Source: Mobula hypostoma (lineage: Eukaryota). From it: a stretch of 64,000 nt of DNA. Both the position numbers and the translations under genes were made by a program. Every line of letters begins with the position of its first letter. Within the stretch, counting starts at the first letter, position 1. The notes below the pieces were generated by a model. The model was given only the letters and a program-made list of their open reading frames with translations, was not told the DNA's origin and made no database searches. This document shows positions 38,060 to 52,400 of this stretch, piece by piece. The stretch spans positions 93,932,001 through 93,996,000 of the forward strand of contig NC_086107.1 in NCBI RefSeq assembly GCF_963921235.1, in the 5' to 3' direction.

Positions 38060-39731
38060 AGGTATATGAGCATAATTAGGCTATTTGAACCCATCAAGTC
38101 TGCTCCATATTTCATGGCTGATCCATTTTCCCTCTCAGGCCCAATCTCCTACCTTCTTCCCATGTTCCTTCATGCCCTGATTAATCAAGAATTTATCAAC
38201 CTCTGCCTTAAATATACCTGATGACTTGGCTTCCACAGCTGCCTGTGGCAATGAATTCCACAGATTCACCACCCTCTGGCTGAAGAAATTCTTCCTCATC
38301 TCCATTCTAAAAAGATGACCCTCTATTCTGAGGCTGTGTCCTCTGGTCTTAAGATACCCCCACCATAGGTAACATCCTCCCCACTTCCACTCTATCAAGA
38401 CCTTTCGACATTTGATGGATTTCAATGAGATACTCATTCTTCTGAATTCCACTACACAGAGATTCAGAGCCATCAAATGCTCCTCATACAACAAGTCTTT
38501 CAATGCCAAAATCATTTTCATGAACCTGCTTTGAACCTTTCCAATGTCAGGACATCCTTCCCTGCATAAGGCACACAAAACAGCTCATAATACTCCAAAT
38601 GAGGCCTCCACCCGTGCTTTATAAATCTTCAACATTTCATCCTTGTTTTTATAATCTAGTCCTCTTAAAATGAACGCTAACATTGCATTTGCCTTCCTCA
38701 CCACAGACTCAACCTGCAAATTAACCTTTAGGGATTCCTGCACAATGACTCCCAAATCCCTTTGCAACTCAGATTTTTGAATTTTCTCTCCATTTAGAAA
38801 ATAGTCTATTCTTTTATTTCTTCTACCAAAGTGCATGACCATACACTTCCTGACACTGTATTCCATCTGCCATTTCTTTGCCCATTCTCCTAATCTGTCT
38901 AAGTCCTTCTGTAGCCTCTCTACTTCCTCAAAACTACTGCCCCGCCACTTAACTTTGTATTATCCGCAAACTTGGCCACAAAGCCACCAATTCCATCACC
39001 AAAATCATTGACATATAACATAAAAAGTAGTCCCAACAGATACTCTTGTGGAACACCACTAGTCACCAACAGCAAACCAGAAAAGGGTCCCTTTATTCCC
39101 ACTCTTTGCCTCCTGCCAATCAGCCAATGCTCTATTCATGCTAATATCTTTCCTGTAATATCATGGGCTCTTAACTTGTTAAGCAGCCTCATGTGTAGCA
39201 CCTTGTCAAAGGCCTTCAGAAAATCTAAGTACACAACATCCACCAATTCTCCTTTGTCTATCCTGCTTGTTATTTCTTCAAGGAATTCCAAAAGATTTGT
39301 CAGGCAAGATTTTCCCTTAAGGAAACCATGCTGACTAGGGCCTAATTTATCATGTGCCCCAAAACCACACTTTTAACAATTGACTCCAGCATCTTCCCAA
39401 CCACCGAGGTCAGAGTAACCATAATTTCCTCTCTTCTGCCTCTCTCCCTTCTTGAAGAGTGGAGTGACATTTGCAAATTTCCAGTCCCCGGAACCATGCC
39501 AGAATCAATTGATTCTTGAAAGATCATTACTAATGCCTCCACAATCTCTTCAGCCACCTCTTTCCAAACCCTAGGGTGTATATCATCTGATCCAGATGAC
39601 TTATCTACCTTCAGACCTTTCAGTTTCCCAAGCACCTTCACACACTTCTGCCCCTGACTCTCAAACTTCCAGCATACTGCCAGTGTCTTCCACTATGAAG
39701 ACTGATGCAAAATACTTATTCAGTTTGTCTG
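38060..39731 (-). mobile_element. CR1 LINE, 3' part (split by the L1)
   Basis: KLKGLKVDKSSG, SGVPQ, KFADNTKL, QRDLGVIV, KTRGHSLRIEG...FFSQRVVNLWNSLP. Confidence 0.88.
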
Positions 39732-39885
39732 GGGACTTCCGGTAGCGCTCATGGAGTGAAGTCGCGTTCTTGACTCGCTCCATTACCTCTGAGTTTTTTT
39801 TCTTATGATCAGCTATATTTTAATTAACCATTAAGGCATCAACTTTTACAATACTTTGAAATAAAGTGGGCTCTCCGATAACTGG

Positions 39886-40749
39886 ATGCGTTTAAGGTCT
39901 GCTATGTCTAAGAATGGGAAAAACGGGAAGGATGGCAAACCTCCGGTTAAACCGAAAGGTATTGATTTCCCTCCGACTGAACCACCGGTGACTTTGAAAG
40001 CTATATCGGAGTTAATTCAAAGGGAAATTTCAACCTCTGTTACGGAGCTGATTCGTGCGGAAATTTCAATTAATTTCCAGAAAATTGCCGATTCAATCGA
40101 TAAGATACAAACATCTATTACGGAACATCAGTCGGCTATACCTGATCTTCAAAAATCCACGCAACAAAGTGAGCTTAAGATGGGGAAAATCGAAGAAACA
40201 ATTAATGTAATGAAGAAGAAACTTGACTTTCTGACCTTTAAAAACTCTGACTTAGAATCTAGAATGCGACGGCAGAATCTACGAATGATTGGGGTGCGTG
40301 AAGCTGTTGAATCTGATAACCCTATGAAGTATTTTTCTCAACTTTTAAAAGATGCATTTCCTACTGTATTTCCTGACCAACCACCGTTATTGGATCGTGT
40401 TCACAGAGTTCCATCATACTAGCCTAGGTCAGATAAACCTAGACATGTCATTTTACGGTTTCATTACTTTCAAGACAAGGAGAAACTGTTTCGATTCGTT
40501 CGATCTAAAGGTTTCATTGATTTTTTGGATCTTAAGTTCCGATTCGTGGAAGATTTCAGTAAACCAATCCGGGATCAACGGGTTCGTTACAGATCTGTGA
40601 TGTCGGAACTCTACAAGATGGATTTAAGACCAGCGCTTCTTTACCCTGCACATTTAAGGATTCGTACGTTGGATGGAGCCCTCCGTTTTTTTGACTCTCT
40701 ATCGGATGCCCAGAGTTATCTGGATCAATTTTCACCTTCAACATCCTAA
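39886..40749 (+). pseudogene. L1 ORF1 with one in-frame stop (40420-40422)
   Basis: DLESRMRRQNLRMIGV, LLDRVHRV, RFVEDFS, LLYPAHLRI. ORFs 39886-40422 and 40525-40749 share one frame. Confidence 0.85.
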
Positions 40750-41470
40750 TTGTAATTTTTTAACTATCTCCGTTGATCGGAGGCTGTGAATTTGTCGGTC
40801 TTAATTTTTTTTTGCCCTATTTGGGCAGAAAAGTTTATTTTTGATTACTTAATATGGTTGCTAAACTTTCTTTTTAACTGCGTCATTTCTTTCTTTTTCC
40901 CAGGGGATTCTGGGTGGTTACTTCCTTATTGTCATTTTACATATTTCCTTTGTGGCCTTAAATTTTGTAGTTTTTTTTTAAATCTATTTTGTTTTGTAGG
41001 TTTTTATAACTAGTTTATGTTAATAATCTTATTTTTTTTTGTTGTTTTGTTTATTCATGGGTCTGGGGTTTATTGCGGTTTTTTTATATATTTTCTGGCT
41101 CTTATTCTGTTATGTGTTTATTTTAATTGAGTTATCTTTTTTTTATTCTTTTACTGTTTTATAATCAGCTGATCTTTTTTATATTTACACTCTTTTTTTA
41201 GGGAGCGTATACCGGAAGTCATGGGGGTAGTTTTAGTGCTTGCTTCTTTCGGGCTTGTCTGCGTTAGATTTAGCCTTGGGGTCATGGGGTGGGGGTGGTG
41301 GGAGGTGGAGGGAGGGAACGTTTTAGTTTTTTTCTTCTTGGGCTATATACATTATTGAAGTATTGGTTGCGTTCTTCTTCCCGGTATCTCTTGTATGTTC
41401 TGTTCCCTCTCCGGGTTCGTGGGTCGAGCCTATTGTCAATCCCCCTTGTTGTGGGTTGACTTTAGGGTTT

Positions 41471-44400
41471 ATGGAGTCTATTATTAATTTTGTCTCCTGG
41501 AATACTAATGGTCTTAATCATCCTATTAAAAGGAAAAAAGTTTTTAAAGTGTTCCGGAGACTTAAAGCACAAATTTTATTCTTACAAGAGACCTATGTGC
41601 GGAGGGGGGACAGACTATATTTTTTTAAATTCTGGAAGGGATAAAAGTTTCATTCGAACTCCAATACTAAGATTTGAGGCGTCTCTATTTTTATAGACTC
41701 CTCAGTTACTTTTATACAACATGATATTATTTCTGATCCGAATGGTAGATTTCTATTGGTTAGTGGTTTACTATTTAATAAAAAAGTAGTTTTGGTTAAT
41801 GTTTATGCTCCTAATATGGACTGTCCGGAATTTTATAAATCATTATTTAATCAGTTTCCGAATTTGAATGAGTTTTCATTGATCTGGGGCGGAGATCTTA
41901 ATACCTGTTTGTCTCCAGCTTGGGACCGTTCGGCTCCTTTACGGACCTTACCTAATAAATCTGCAACTTTGATTAATTCATTCCTTTCTGATTCTGGGTC
42001 GACGGACATTTGGCGCTTTTTGCATCCTCAGGAAAAAGATTTTTCTTTTTTTTCCACATGTTCATCATTCCTATTCAAGAATTGATTATTTCTTTATTGA
42101 TTCTCGTCTTATTTCCTCTGTGATTATGACTCTATAACCATTTCGGATCATGCTCCACTTAAGCTTTCTATTAAAATTCTGGCCAATATACAAAATAATA
42201 GACAATGGCGTTTTAATTCGCTGTTGCTTCAGGACTCAGACTTTGTTAACTTTATGAATGAACAGACTGATCTTTTTTTCACAATTAACCATACAGAGGA
42301 TATTTCTGTTAACACTCTTTGGGACACTTTCAAAGCTTATATTCGTGGTCAGATTATCTCGTATTCTGCTGCTTTGAGGAAGAAGCAGAAGCAGGAGGAG
42401 TTGGTAATTGTGGGCAAGATTAAGGAAATTGATAAGAAATATGTTATAGCTCCTTCTGAGGAGTTATATAAACAAAGAACTGAACTTCAAATGGAACACA
42501 GTTTATTACTCTCGTCCTCGATTGTAAACCAATTAAAGAAAACAAGAAGTGAATTTTATGTACACAGTGACAAAATTGGCAAACTGTTGGCTAATCAATT
42601 GAAGTCTAATTATGCTAAATCTCAAATTAATCAGATTTATAACCAAAATGATCGACTGATACTTGATCATGTGGGGATTAATCAAACCTTCTGTGAATTT
42701 TACTCTTCCTTATATCAATCAGAGTCTCCTCGAGATTCTAAATATATGAATGATTTTTTAGATAATTTAGACTTCCCTGAGATTTCACAGGATATGGCTT
42801 CTATGTTAGATACTCCCATTACCATGGATGAGATTAAGAATGTTATTTTCTCTATGAATTTGGGGAAAGCTCCTGGCCCTGATGGGTTTACCGTAGAATT
42901 TTATAAATGTTTTGCTCCTTCATTAATCCCTTGGCTCTGTAGGGTTTTTGAGGCTTCATTGAAACTTGGTAAACTTCCTGAATCTTTTAATAGAGCGTCA
43001 ATTTCTTTAATATTAAAGAAGGATAAAGATCCTGCTCAATGTGCATCTTATAGACCAATATCTTTATTAAATGTTGATTCTAAAGTTTTTTCTAAGTTAT
43101 TAGCAAATAGATTAGAAAAAGTACTTCCCTCTATTATTTCGGAAGACCAAACGGGTTTTATTAAAGGTCGTTACTCTTTTTATAATATTCGTACACTGTT
43201 AAATATCGTTTATACTCCCTCACAAAATGTTCCTGAGTGTGTTATCTCTTTAGATGCCGAGAAAGCTTTTGATAGAGTAGAATGGCCTTATTTATTTAAG
43301 GTGCTTGAAATGTTTAATTTTAGCTCGAAATTTATATCCTGGATTAAACTCTTATATTATTCTCCTGTGGCCTCGGTCCGTACTAACTCTTTAAGTTCAC
43401 CTTTTTTCCCTCTTTTTCGAGGTACTCGACAAGGTTGTCCTCTTAGTCCCTTATTATTTGATATTGCATTAGAACCTCTTGCAATTGCCATTCGAGAATC
43501 TCCAAATATTACTGGGATAACTCGGGGCTTAAAGTCCCATAAATTATCACTCTATGTTGATGATTTACTTTTATATATTTCTAATCCTCAAAAATCCATC
43601 CCGGCTGTTTTAGAGTTATTAGCACAATTTGGTCTTTTTTCAGGTTATAAATTAAATCTTAGTAAGAGTGAACTCTTTCCGATTAATAAACAACTTCCCT
43701 TATATTATAAATTTCCATTTAAATTGATTAATAATTATTTTTCATATCTTGGGATTAAAATTACTTGTAAATACAAAGATTTATTTAAGACTAACTTTTT
43801 ACCATTAATAGACCATATTACTCAACTTTCATCTAAATGGTTTCCTTTATATTTAACTTTGATTGGTCGTATTAATGCAGTTAAGATGTTTTTTTTGCCA
43901 AAATTTTTATATATGTTTCAGGCATTACCAATCTTTGTTCCAAAATCTTTTTTTGACAAAGTTGACTCTAAAATTTCTTCATTTATTTGGCAGAATAAAA
44001 ACCCGAGACTGGGTAAAATACATTTACAGAAAGCTAAGAGAGATGGAGGCTTAGCATTACCTAACTTTAGATTTTATTATTGGGCAATTAATATTCGACA
44101 TATGAAATTCTGGTTACTGGACCAGGATATACTATCCATTCCTAAATGGGTAGTATTGGAATTACAATCTGTTCAGGGTTTTACACTTGGCTCTATTTTA
44201 GGTTCCTCTCTTCCTTTTGATTGGAAACGCCTTAAACAGGTGTCTAACCCGATAGTTAAATATATCTTGCGTATTTGGTTTCAATTCAGAAAATTTTTTG
44301 ATCTTAATCAATTTGGGTTAGCGATTCCTATTTTAGGTAACATATTTTTTCCTCCCTCTTTTACGGATCGTGCTTTTCAAACTTGGAAGACTAAGGGTAT

Positions 44401-45237
44401 TTCACGGTTTTTGGATTTATTTTTAGATGGTTCCCTTATGTCTTTTGAACAATTATCTAATAAATATAACTTATCAAGAATACATTTTTTTAGATATCTA
44501 CAAGTTAGAAATTTCCTAAGTACTATACTTTCTTCCTTTCCAATGCTTCCTCCTACATACATTTTAGATACTATAATCAACCTTAATCCATGTCAGAAAG
44601 GTGCATCGGCTATGATTTATAATATTATTATGAAACTTAGGAAAGCTCCATTTGATAAGATTAGGGTCGATTGGGAACAGGAATTGGGGTTTACCATTTC
44701 CGTGGATGACTGGGGGCAGATTTTACAATTAGTCAATACTTCCTCTATCTGTGCTAAACATTCCCTAATTCAATTTAAAGTTGTTCCTAGAGCACATATG
44801 TCCAAAGATAAGTTAGCGCGCTTTTATTCTCATATTAATCCTTTTTGTGATATATGTCCGGGGCAGATAGCCTCTCTGACTCATATGTTTTGGTCTTGCC
44901 CTACTTTGGAAACTTTTTGGAGAGACATTTTAATATTATCTCCAAGGTATTGAATATAGATATCTCTCCTCACCATATTACTGCTATCTTTGGACTACCT
45001 AAAATTTCCAGTAATCTCTCCCCTTCAGCCCGTAGAATGATTGCATTTCTTACTTTAATGGCGAAAAGATGTATCTTACAACATTGGAAAGAGCTTAATG
45101 CTCCAACTACCTTTTTTTGGTTTTCTCAGACGATATTATGCTTGAATCTGGAGAAAATTAGAAGCAATCTTTATGACTCCTCATTTAAATTTGAACAGAC
45201 TTGGAGATATTTTATTCAATATTTTCATTTAATGTAA
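41471..45237 (+). pseudogene. L1 ORF2 (APE endonuclease, RT, C-terminal Cys/His), few disablements
   Basis: MESIINFVSWNTNGL, FLQET, NVYAPN, GGDLN. A 909-aa open segment (42224-44953) has YRPISLLNVD, SLDAEKAFDRV, GTRQGCPLSP, LYVDD, HMFWSC. Stops and frameshifts in EN and the C-terminus. Confidence 0.9.
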
Positions 45238-45587
45238 TATATACCCTTCTTGTTTTTTTTTACTGTTTTTAATGGAGGTCGGGATTGAGGACGTGATTTT
45301 AAGTTTAACTCTGTTTGGTTTCAAGTTAGCCCATTGCTTTGCTTTGCTTTTAGTTAGTTGCACGGTGGGTTTTTTTTTGGGGGGGGGGTTTCCTTTTCTC
45401 TATTGATATATATATAAAATTAGTATACTATTATGTTACCTTGGTATGTTATGTTTAAATTACATTGTTTGTAGTATCTTTTTTGTATTAATATCTTCTG
45501 TAATTTTATTATATTCTAACAGTGTATTAGTGTCTACATGGCTTACCTTTTTGTATACTTATTTAATATAAAGATTTAAAAAGAAAA

Positions 45588-46415
45588 AGTTTGTCTGCCA
45601 TTTCCTTGTTCCCCCATTACTACCTCTCCAGTATCGTTTTCCACTTTTCTGATGTCAACTCTCTTTTACACTTTATATATCTGAAGAAACTTTTAGTATC
45701 CTCTTTTCTATTATTGGCTAGCTTTCCTTCATATTCTATCTTTTCCTTCCTTATGACTTTTTTGTTGCCTTCTGTTGGCTTTTAAAAGTTTCCTAATCTT
45801 CTAACTTCCCACTAATTTTTGCTCTATTATATACTCACTCTTTGGCTTTTATGTTGGCTTTAACTTCTCTTGTCAGCCACAGTTGTGTCATCCTACCTTC
45901 AGAATACTACTTTGGGATGTATATATCCTATACCTTACGAATTACTCCCAGAAATTCCAGCCATTGTTGCTCTGCTGTCATCCATGCTAATGTTCCTTTC
46001 CAATCAATTTTGGCCAGCTCCTCTCTCATGCTTCTGTAATTCCTTTTGCTCCATTGTAATACTGATATATCTGGCTTTAGCTTCTCCTTCTCAAATTGCA
46101 GGGTTAACTCTATCATATAATGATTACTGGCCCCAAGGGTTCCTTTACCTTAAACTTTCTTATCAAGTTGGGTTCATTGCGCAACACCCAATCTAGAATA
46201 GCTGATCCCCTAGTGGGCTCAACCACTAGCTGCTCTAAAAAGCCATCTCATAGGCATTCTAGAAATCCAGCACCAACTCGATTTTCCCAGTATACCTGCA
46301 TATTGAAATCCCCCATGACTATCATAACATTGCCCTTTTGACATACATTTTCTATCTCCCATTGTAATTTGTAGACCACATCTTTACTACCATTTAGGGG
46401 GTCTGTATATAACAT
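45588..46415 (-). mobile_element. CR1 LINE, 5' continuation of the element split by the L1
   Basis: Continues the CR1 beyond the L1 TSD (MREELAKIDWKGTL, IVMGDFN). Confidence 0.85.
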
Positions 46416-48322
46416 TTCAATCTACTGGTAAGTTTAATAACTACTGTAATTTCAAAGTAGTGATGAGCGTACCGTAAACTGTATTTTGAGATATCTGTAA
46501 CAACTATAAGGTGATATGAAAATATTTGTGATTTATATTAGTGACTAAGTCACAGGTACCGTTAATATTACTATGGTTTGTTGCCTACATTCATAATTGA
46601 AGGAAATTATATTTTTTTCCCCATCCAAGATCATGGACCCCCGAAATCTATCCATGGACCTCCAAGGGGTCAATAACCTCAGATAAAGAAGCAGTCTTGA
46701 AGGATAGTGAACTGAGGAATTAGAAAGGAATCTGTATTTAAATTTAAATGAGTGTGGAATTAATACACTGTAGATAATCAAGATGGCAGTAAGTTGCAAT
46801 TCCTCTCAAAGTCATGGCTCAGACTTGGTTATTTTTAAGTTTGTAGGGATGGTTTTGGGAACAAGGCAGCAGATAGGAGTCAAGTTTAAGAGTTTCGGGA
46901 CAAGGATGTGAGGAGTCAAAGGTCAGATTACAGTTTTGTGATGTGGATGGGTGACAAAGGACATCCATAGATGACAGGTTGTCCCAGGTCAGTGGGTCCC
47001 AGGATAGGATTGGATGATTGTGTGAGCAGAAGGCATGAAAGCCTAGAGTTCGAGGTCCCGTCATCGGCTAGTCCAGGAGTTGATAACAAAGATTGGTCAA
47101 TCTGAAGTCCAGAAGTCAAAGCCCAATGGCTGAAGCCTGAAGAATGAAGACCTGTCCTGAGGTTGGAGGACTGTCCTCTCTCCCACACACTTGGAAAGGG
47201 TCTTTTTTGGCTTTTGTTTTGTTGCTTGTTGTATTCTATTTTGTGTTCTGAGTTGTTCTGCCAAGCGTTATAGACGTGCTAAGTTGGGACCAGAGTGTAT
47301 GGCAATACATGCAGGCTATCTCCAGCATATCCTTAAATTGTGTTGGTTGTTGACGCAAATGACGCATTTCACTGTATGTTTCGCTATACATCAGATAAAT
47401 AAATGAATTTGATGCATGATGGTTGGCATTAACATGGTGGGCCACAGGGCACACTTCTATGCTCTTTAACTCCATGACTAATAACATGACTCTCTAAAAT
47501 TAGTAAATGCTCTTAGACATGAGACTCCAGAATGAAGAGACAGTCGCCATCATACTGCAAATACAGAAAACCAAAGTCAATTCTCTGGTTTGAATTTTTA
47601 TTTCATTTCTGTTCAACCAAACTATTACTTCAATTCAACATTACACTCACGGTATGTCCCAATAGCATTAATGTTGTTTTTCAGCTTCTGACTAGCAAGT
47701 CAGTGATATTTCCAAAGATGAATGGGCTTGAAACTTGGCCTGAGATGAGAAAGTTTGAGATTGACTGCTTGACATTTACAACTTAAGCAATTAAACAGTC
47801 TTTTAATCAAACAGAGATACCACATCAGACGATTTTTAATGAAAGCAAATATAAAATAGATATAAAATATGACAAATGTGGTGGTTTCAAAGTTCCTGTT
47901 CCAGTGACATGAAAGCAATCTAGCAGCCACTTTAACCAATACTCAAATCTTCTTCCATTCCTATCTACTCCTGTCTGTTATTGACACGCAATTCACACTG
48001 AATAACCAAACAACTAAATCAAAAATCCAAAGATCAATGTTAAAAATAACATGTTGTGCTGATATATCATGTAAGTTATTAACTTTTGAACACCAGGAAG
48101 ACTGGAAGAGCTTTAGCTTTGTGAATAATTCAAGTGTACTTGAACTCCCAGTTCCACCTATTACAAAATCCAATACTATAAAGATTTAAAGATTTTTTTA
48201 AATTACCTTCAATTGACACAGGTACATCAAAACTTTGAAACAGTGAAATGCATCATTTTGCATCAATCGCCAACGAAATCCAAGGACGTGCTGGGGGCTG
48301 CCCTTAAGCATCACCATGTTTC

Positions 48323-49498
48323 TGATAAAGTATGTAAAACGGGTTAACACTTCGTTAAACAATAGCAGCCTGTTTTTCTGAGGCTACGTCCATACTAGGC
48401 CGGATAAATCTGTAACCGAAGCTTTTTCTCTTCGTTTTGACCCTCCGTCCACACTGAAATGGCATTTTCCTCCCTTGAAAACGGAGCTTTTCAGAAACGC
48501 TCTCCAGAGTGAATAAATCTGAAAAAGCCTAATACGGGGTAACCGGCTATTTTTAAAACGCTGTCATGACGTGCCGGAACAGATGGATGTGGCAGCGCGG
48601 CATTTCCTTGTTTTCTTGAACGCAACCTCCCAACACCACAACAACAATGGCGGACAGCTTCATGCATGTGTTGTTTACTTTACTGTCTATGTTAATAGCT
48701 TGTTTGGAGTTAAACATAGCCATCTACCACGTACAGGCAGCATATCTACGTACAAAAAGGCGTCCTTTGTGCTCACAGTTGCTGTGCAATGGATCTGCAC
48801 AACGTCAACGCCGTTATCAATCGTACAAAGACCGGCAGTTTTGGAGATGACCCGGCCGAACCAGTGTGTGGTGGGAACGGAAATAGAACACCACCTCCAT
48901 TTCGGTTGCTTTCTGTAGACGTGTCCTGTGCATGCCCAGTAGGAGAAGATTTGCCCAAATACCCGTTTTAATGTGGACAGAGGTATTTTCAAAAACGTCT
49001 AGTGTGAACGCCTATCGTTTTTACGCAAAACCAGTGTTTTCAAAATTATCCGGTCTAGTGTGGACATAGCCTGAGAGAAACCGCTGACAATCAACATGTG
49101 CTAATTTTGTTATTCAATGCTAAGCATTATTTCTTCTTGAAGGTAGCTAGCTAGCTACGGTTTCAGGATGCTTATCTCCATGTGCACTCATGCATAGAAA
49201 TAAGACAACTCCAGCCTGTTGGTGTATGTTCTGTCCATTATGCCTGTTCTGTAATTTGACCTTCGGTACTGTCAAGCAATAGATAAGTCCGACTCCAGCT
49301 GGGTATGTGTGGGAGGGTACCTGAATGACTATATCTCTTCTGTAAGGGGAATTGTGAGTTAGTTGGTAAATCGGGCAGGAACAGTCACAGACAGACTGTT
49401 CCCATTTGAGCGACTAACTGAGCAAGCCCCGGATGCTTTGAATAAAGAGTTTGTACTTATACGGTCTCTGAGTGACTTATCCAGATTCAACTTCCACA
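48323..49498 (+). mobile_element. Solo LTR (~483 bp without the nested MITE) inserted in a V-SINE
   Basis: TG...CA termini, 4-bp TSD TTTC (48319-48322, 49499-49502), AATAAA at 49441. Host SINE sequence rejoins across it. Confidence 0.75.
48382..49071. mobile_element. PIF/Harbinger-type MITE (690 bp)
   Basis: 26-bp TIR GGCTACGTCCATACTAGGCCGGATAA / TTATCCGGTCTAGTGTGGACATAGCC (3 mismatches). 3-bp TSD TGA. Confidence 0.85.
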
Positions 49499-52400
49499 TT
49501 TCCAGTACCAACATAGCATGCCCACAACTTACTAACCCTAACCTGTATGTCTTTGGAATGAGGGAGGAAATCGAAGCACCCAGAGGAAACCCATCTGGTC
49601 ACAGGGAGAACGCACAACCTCCTTACAGACAATGGCGGGAACTAAACACTGAATGGTGATGGTTAGTGTTAAAAAGCGTTGCATCAACTGCCACACTACC
49701 ATGCTGTACCCCCACCAGGCTTTATTTTATATTGCCCAAGTTTAATTTTAGTAACTTCCACTCAGTACAGTCCATAAGAGGTGACTTAGCCAACAAGTAT
49801 CCTTTGACTACAGATGGTATGTGCAGCACTTGCTGCTCATTGGTGTTGCGTAAAGATTCAGAAGACAGCAAATAGTTATGGTATTGCAATAAAAACAGAA
49901 AATGCTCAAAACACTAAGCAAATTAGGTACCATGCATGACAGTAAGCTCCAATAAAACATCAAGTCGAAGGTTAACTCTGATCCTCGCTACATTAATAGC
50001 ACCCCATTTACATAGTATTTCCAATGGTTTGTGTTTTCCTTTCACATTTCCAGGATCTACAATGTTCTATATGCACACATGCTGTTTCTACATGTAAACC
50101 ATAAGTCATGGTAGCAGAATTAGACCATTTGGCCTATTATGTCTGCCCTACCATTTGATCATGGGGATTTTTTTTTAATCCCTTAACCCATTCTCCTCCC
50201 TTCTCCCCATAACCCAGAGCCATCAAACACGCCTCACATGTTAACTCTTTCATTCCCGGAATCATTTGCATGGAACCTCCTCGGGATCCTTTCCAATGCC
50301 AGCACAGTTGCTCTGATAAGGGGTTCAAACCCTTCCTCTAATTCAGGCTACCCAAACAGGATAAGAAAGAGTGGAACTTGAAAACTTGAAAAAAATAACT
50401 ATTTTAGTTGAACTGAAAGATGTAATCCCCAACTATTTTAACTTAATGTCTCATTTTTCTTTTTTTTAAAAATGTCCCCATTAGAAAACAGATAAACTTA
50501 AATCAAGAGTATGATCTTGCTGCTGTGACATGCCAATAACATTTAATCACAATGTGAAAATCCCTGAATGACGAGATGCACTGAGCAAGGTCACTCCGAT
50601 AATCTACAATTCTGTTTTGCATATGAAAATCAATTGATTAAATAGAATCAAAGAACAAAGTGACATAGGGATATCCATTCCGTATAGCCTGTTCATGTCT
50701 ATTTTCTTTAAAATACCAGAATTCTTCTCTTAAAACAATCACATTTTGAAGGTTATTACTGAACATCCTTCCAGTTAACTCAAGGCAATGATGTGTAATA
50801 ACAAAGCCATAGATGGGAGTGTGAAGACAACTCATCTTGCCTCTAGTTCATTTTCCATTTACAATTACTTTTTATCAATGTCCACAGATCCTGATCCTTC
50901 TGCAAATGGAAATAATTTACACTTATTCACCCTCTCAAAATATTTCAGGCTTTGGAATGTGAAACTTTTTTATTTAAAAACAAGCCACACTGTTCTAATG
51001 TTGATCTGCATCTTTGATATAAAACCACAAGACATAGGAGCATAATTAGCCTGCTCAGCCATTCCATCACAGCTGGTTTATTATCCCTCTCACCTGCCTT
51101 CTTCCTGTAACCTTTGATGTCCTGAGTAAGAGAGAACCTATCAACCTTCACCTTAAATATACCCAATGACTTGGCCTCTGCAGCTGTCCGTGACAATGAA
51201 TTCCAAGATTCACCACCCTCTGACTAAAAAAATTCCTCATCTCTGTTCTAAATGGATGACCATTCTGAGGCTGTGCCCTCTAATCCTAGACTCCCCCACC
51301 ACAGGAAATATCCTCTTTACATACACTCAATCCAAGTCTTTCACTATTCAATAGGTTTTGATGAGATCCCCACTCATTCTTCTAAACTTGAACCAGCCCA
51401 GAGCCATCAAATGCTCCTCATCTATTAACCGTTTCATTCCCAGAATCATTCTTGTTAAACTCCTGTGCACCCTCTCCAATGCCACCACATCTTTTCTTAG
51501 GTAAGGACCCAAAACTGCTCACAATACTCCAAGTACAGTCTGACCAATGCCTTATACGCCTCATCCTTGTTCTTATAGTCTAAATTTCACACAGTGAATG
51601 CTACCATTGCATTTGCCTTCCTCACCACCGACTCAACCTGCAAGTTAATTATAGGGAATCCTGCAAAAAGACTTCCAAGACCCTTTGCACCTCTGATATT
51701 TGAATTTTCGCCCCGTTTACAAAATACTCTATGCCTTTATTCCTTCTACCAAAGTGCATAACCATTCCATTCCCTACTACACTATATTTCATCTGCTATT
51801 TTTTGCCCTTTCTCCCCAAGCCCTTCTGCAGACTCCCTGCTTCCTCAATACTGGCTGTCCCTCCACCTATCTTTATATTGTCAGCAAACCTGGTCATAAA
51901 ACCATCAATTCCTAGATCCAAATCATTGACATGTAATGTGAAAAGAAGCGGCCCCAACACCAATCCTGTGGAACACCACTAGTCACCAGCAGCCAACCAG
52001 GATAGGCCGCCCCATTATTCCCACTCTTTGCCTCCTACCAGTCAGCCAATCTTCTATCCACACTAATATCTTTCCTGCAATACCATGGATTCTTAACTTG
52101 TTAAGTAGTCTCCAAAGCAGCACCTTGCCATTCCAGAATCCAGTGATCCTTGAAAAATAATTACTAATGCGGGAACAATCTCTTCAGCTACCTCTTTCGT
52201 CCACCTGGTCCAGATGACTTACCTACTTTCAGACCTTTCAGCCTCCCAAGCACCTTCTCTGTAGTAATAGCAATTACACTCACTTCTGTCCCCTGACACT
52301 CTCGAATTTCTGGCATTCTGCTAGTGTCTTCCATAGTGAGGACTTATTAAGTCCATCGGCCATTTCTTTGTCTCCCATTACTACCTCTCCAGCATCACTT

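Larger units (their letters stand above)
39732..45587 (+). mobile_element. Full-length L1-clade LINE (lightly disabled) inserted in a CR1
   Basis: 10-bp TSD AGTTTGTCTG (39722-39731, 45588-45597). ORF1, a long T-rich spacer, ORF2 and an A-rich tail. Confidence 0.92.

Noticed and set aside
46590..46700. Possible hAT/Charlie terminal fragment (ggacccc...ccatggacctccaaggggtc)
   Set aside because: No partner end or 8-bp TSD could be identified, so it is too weak to call.
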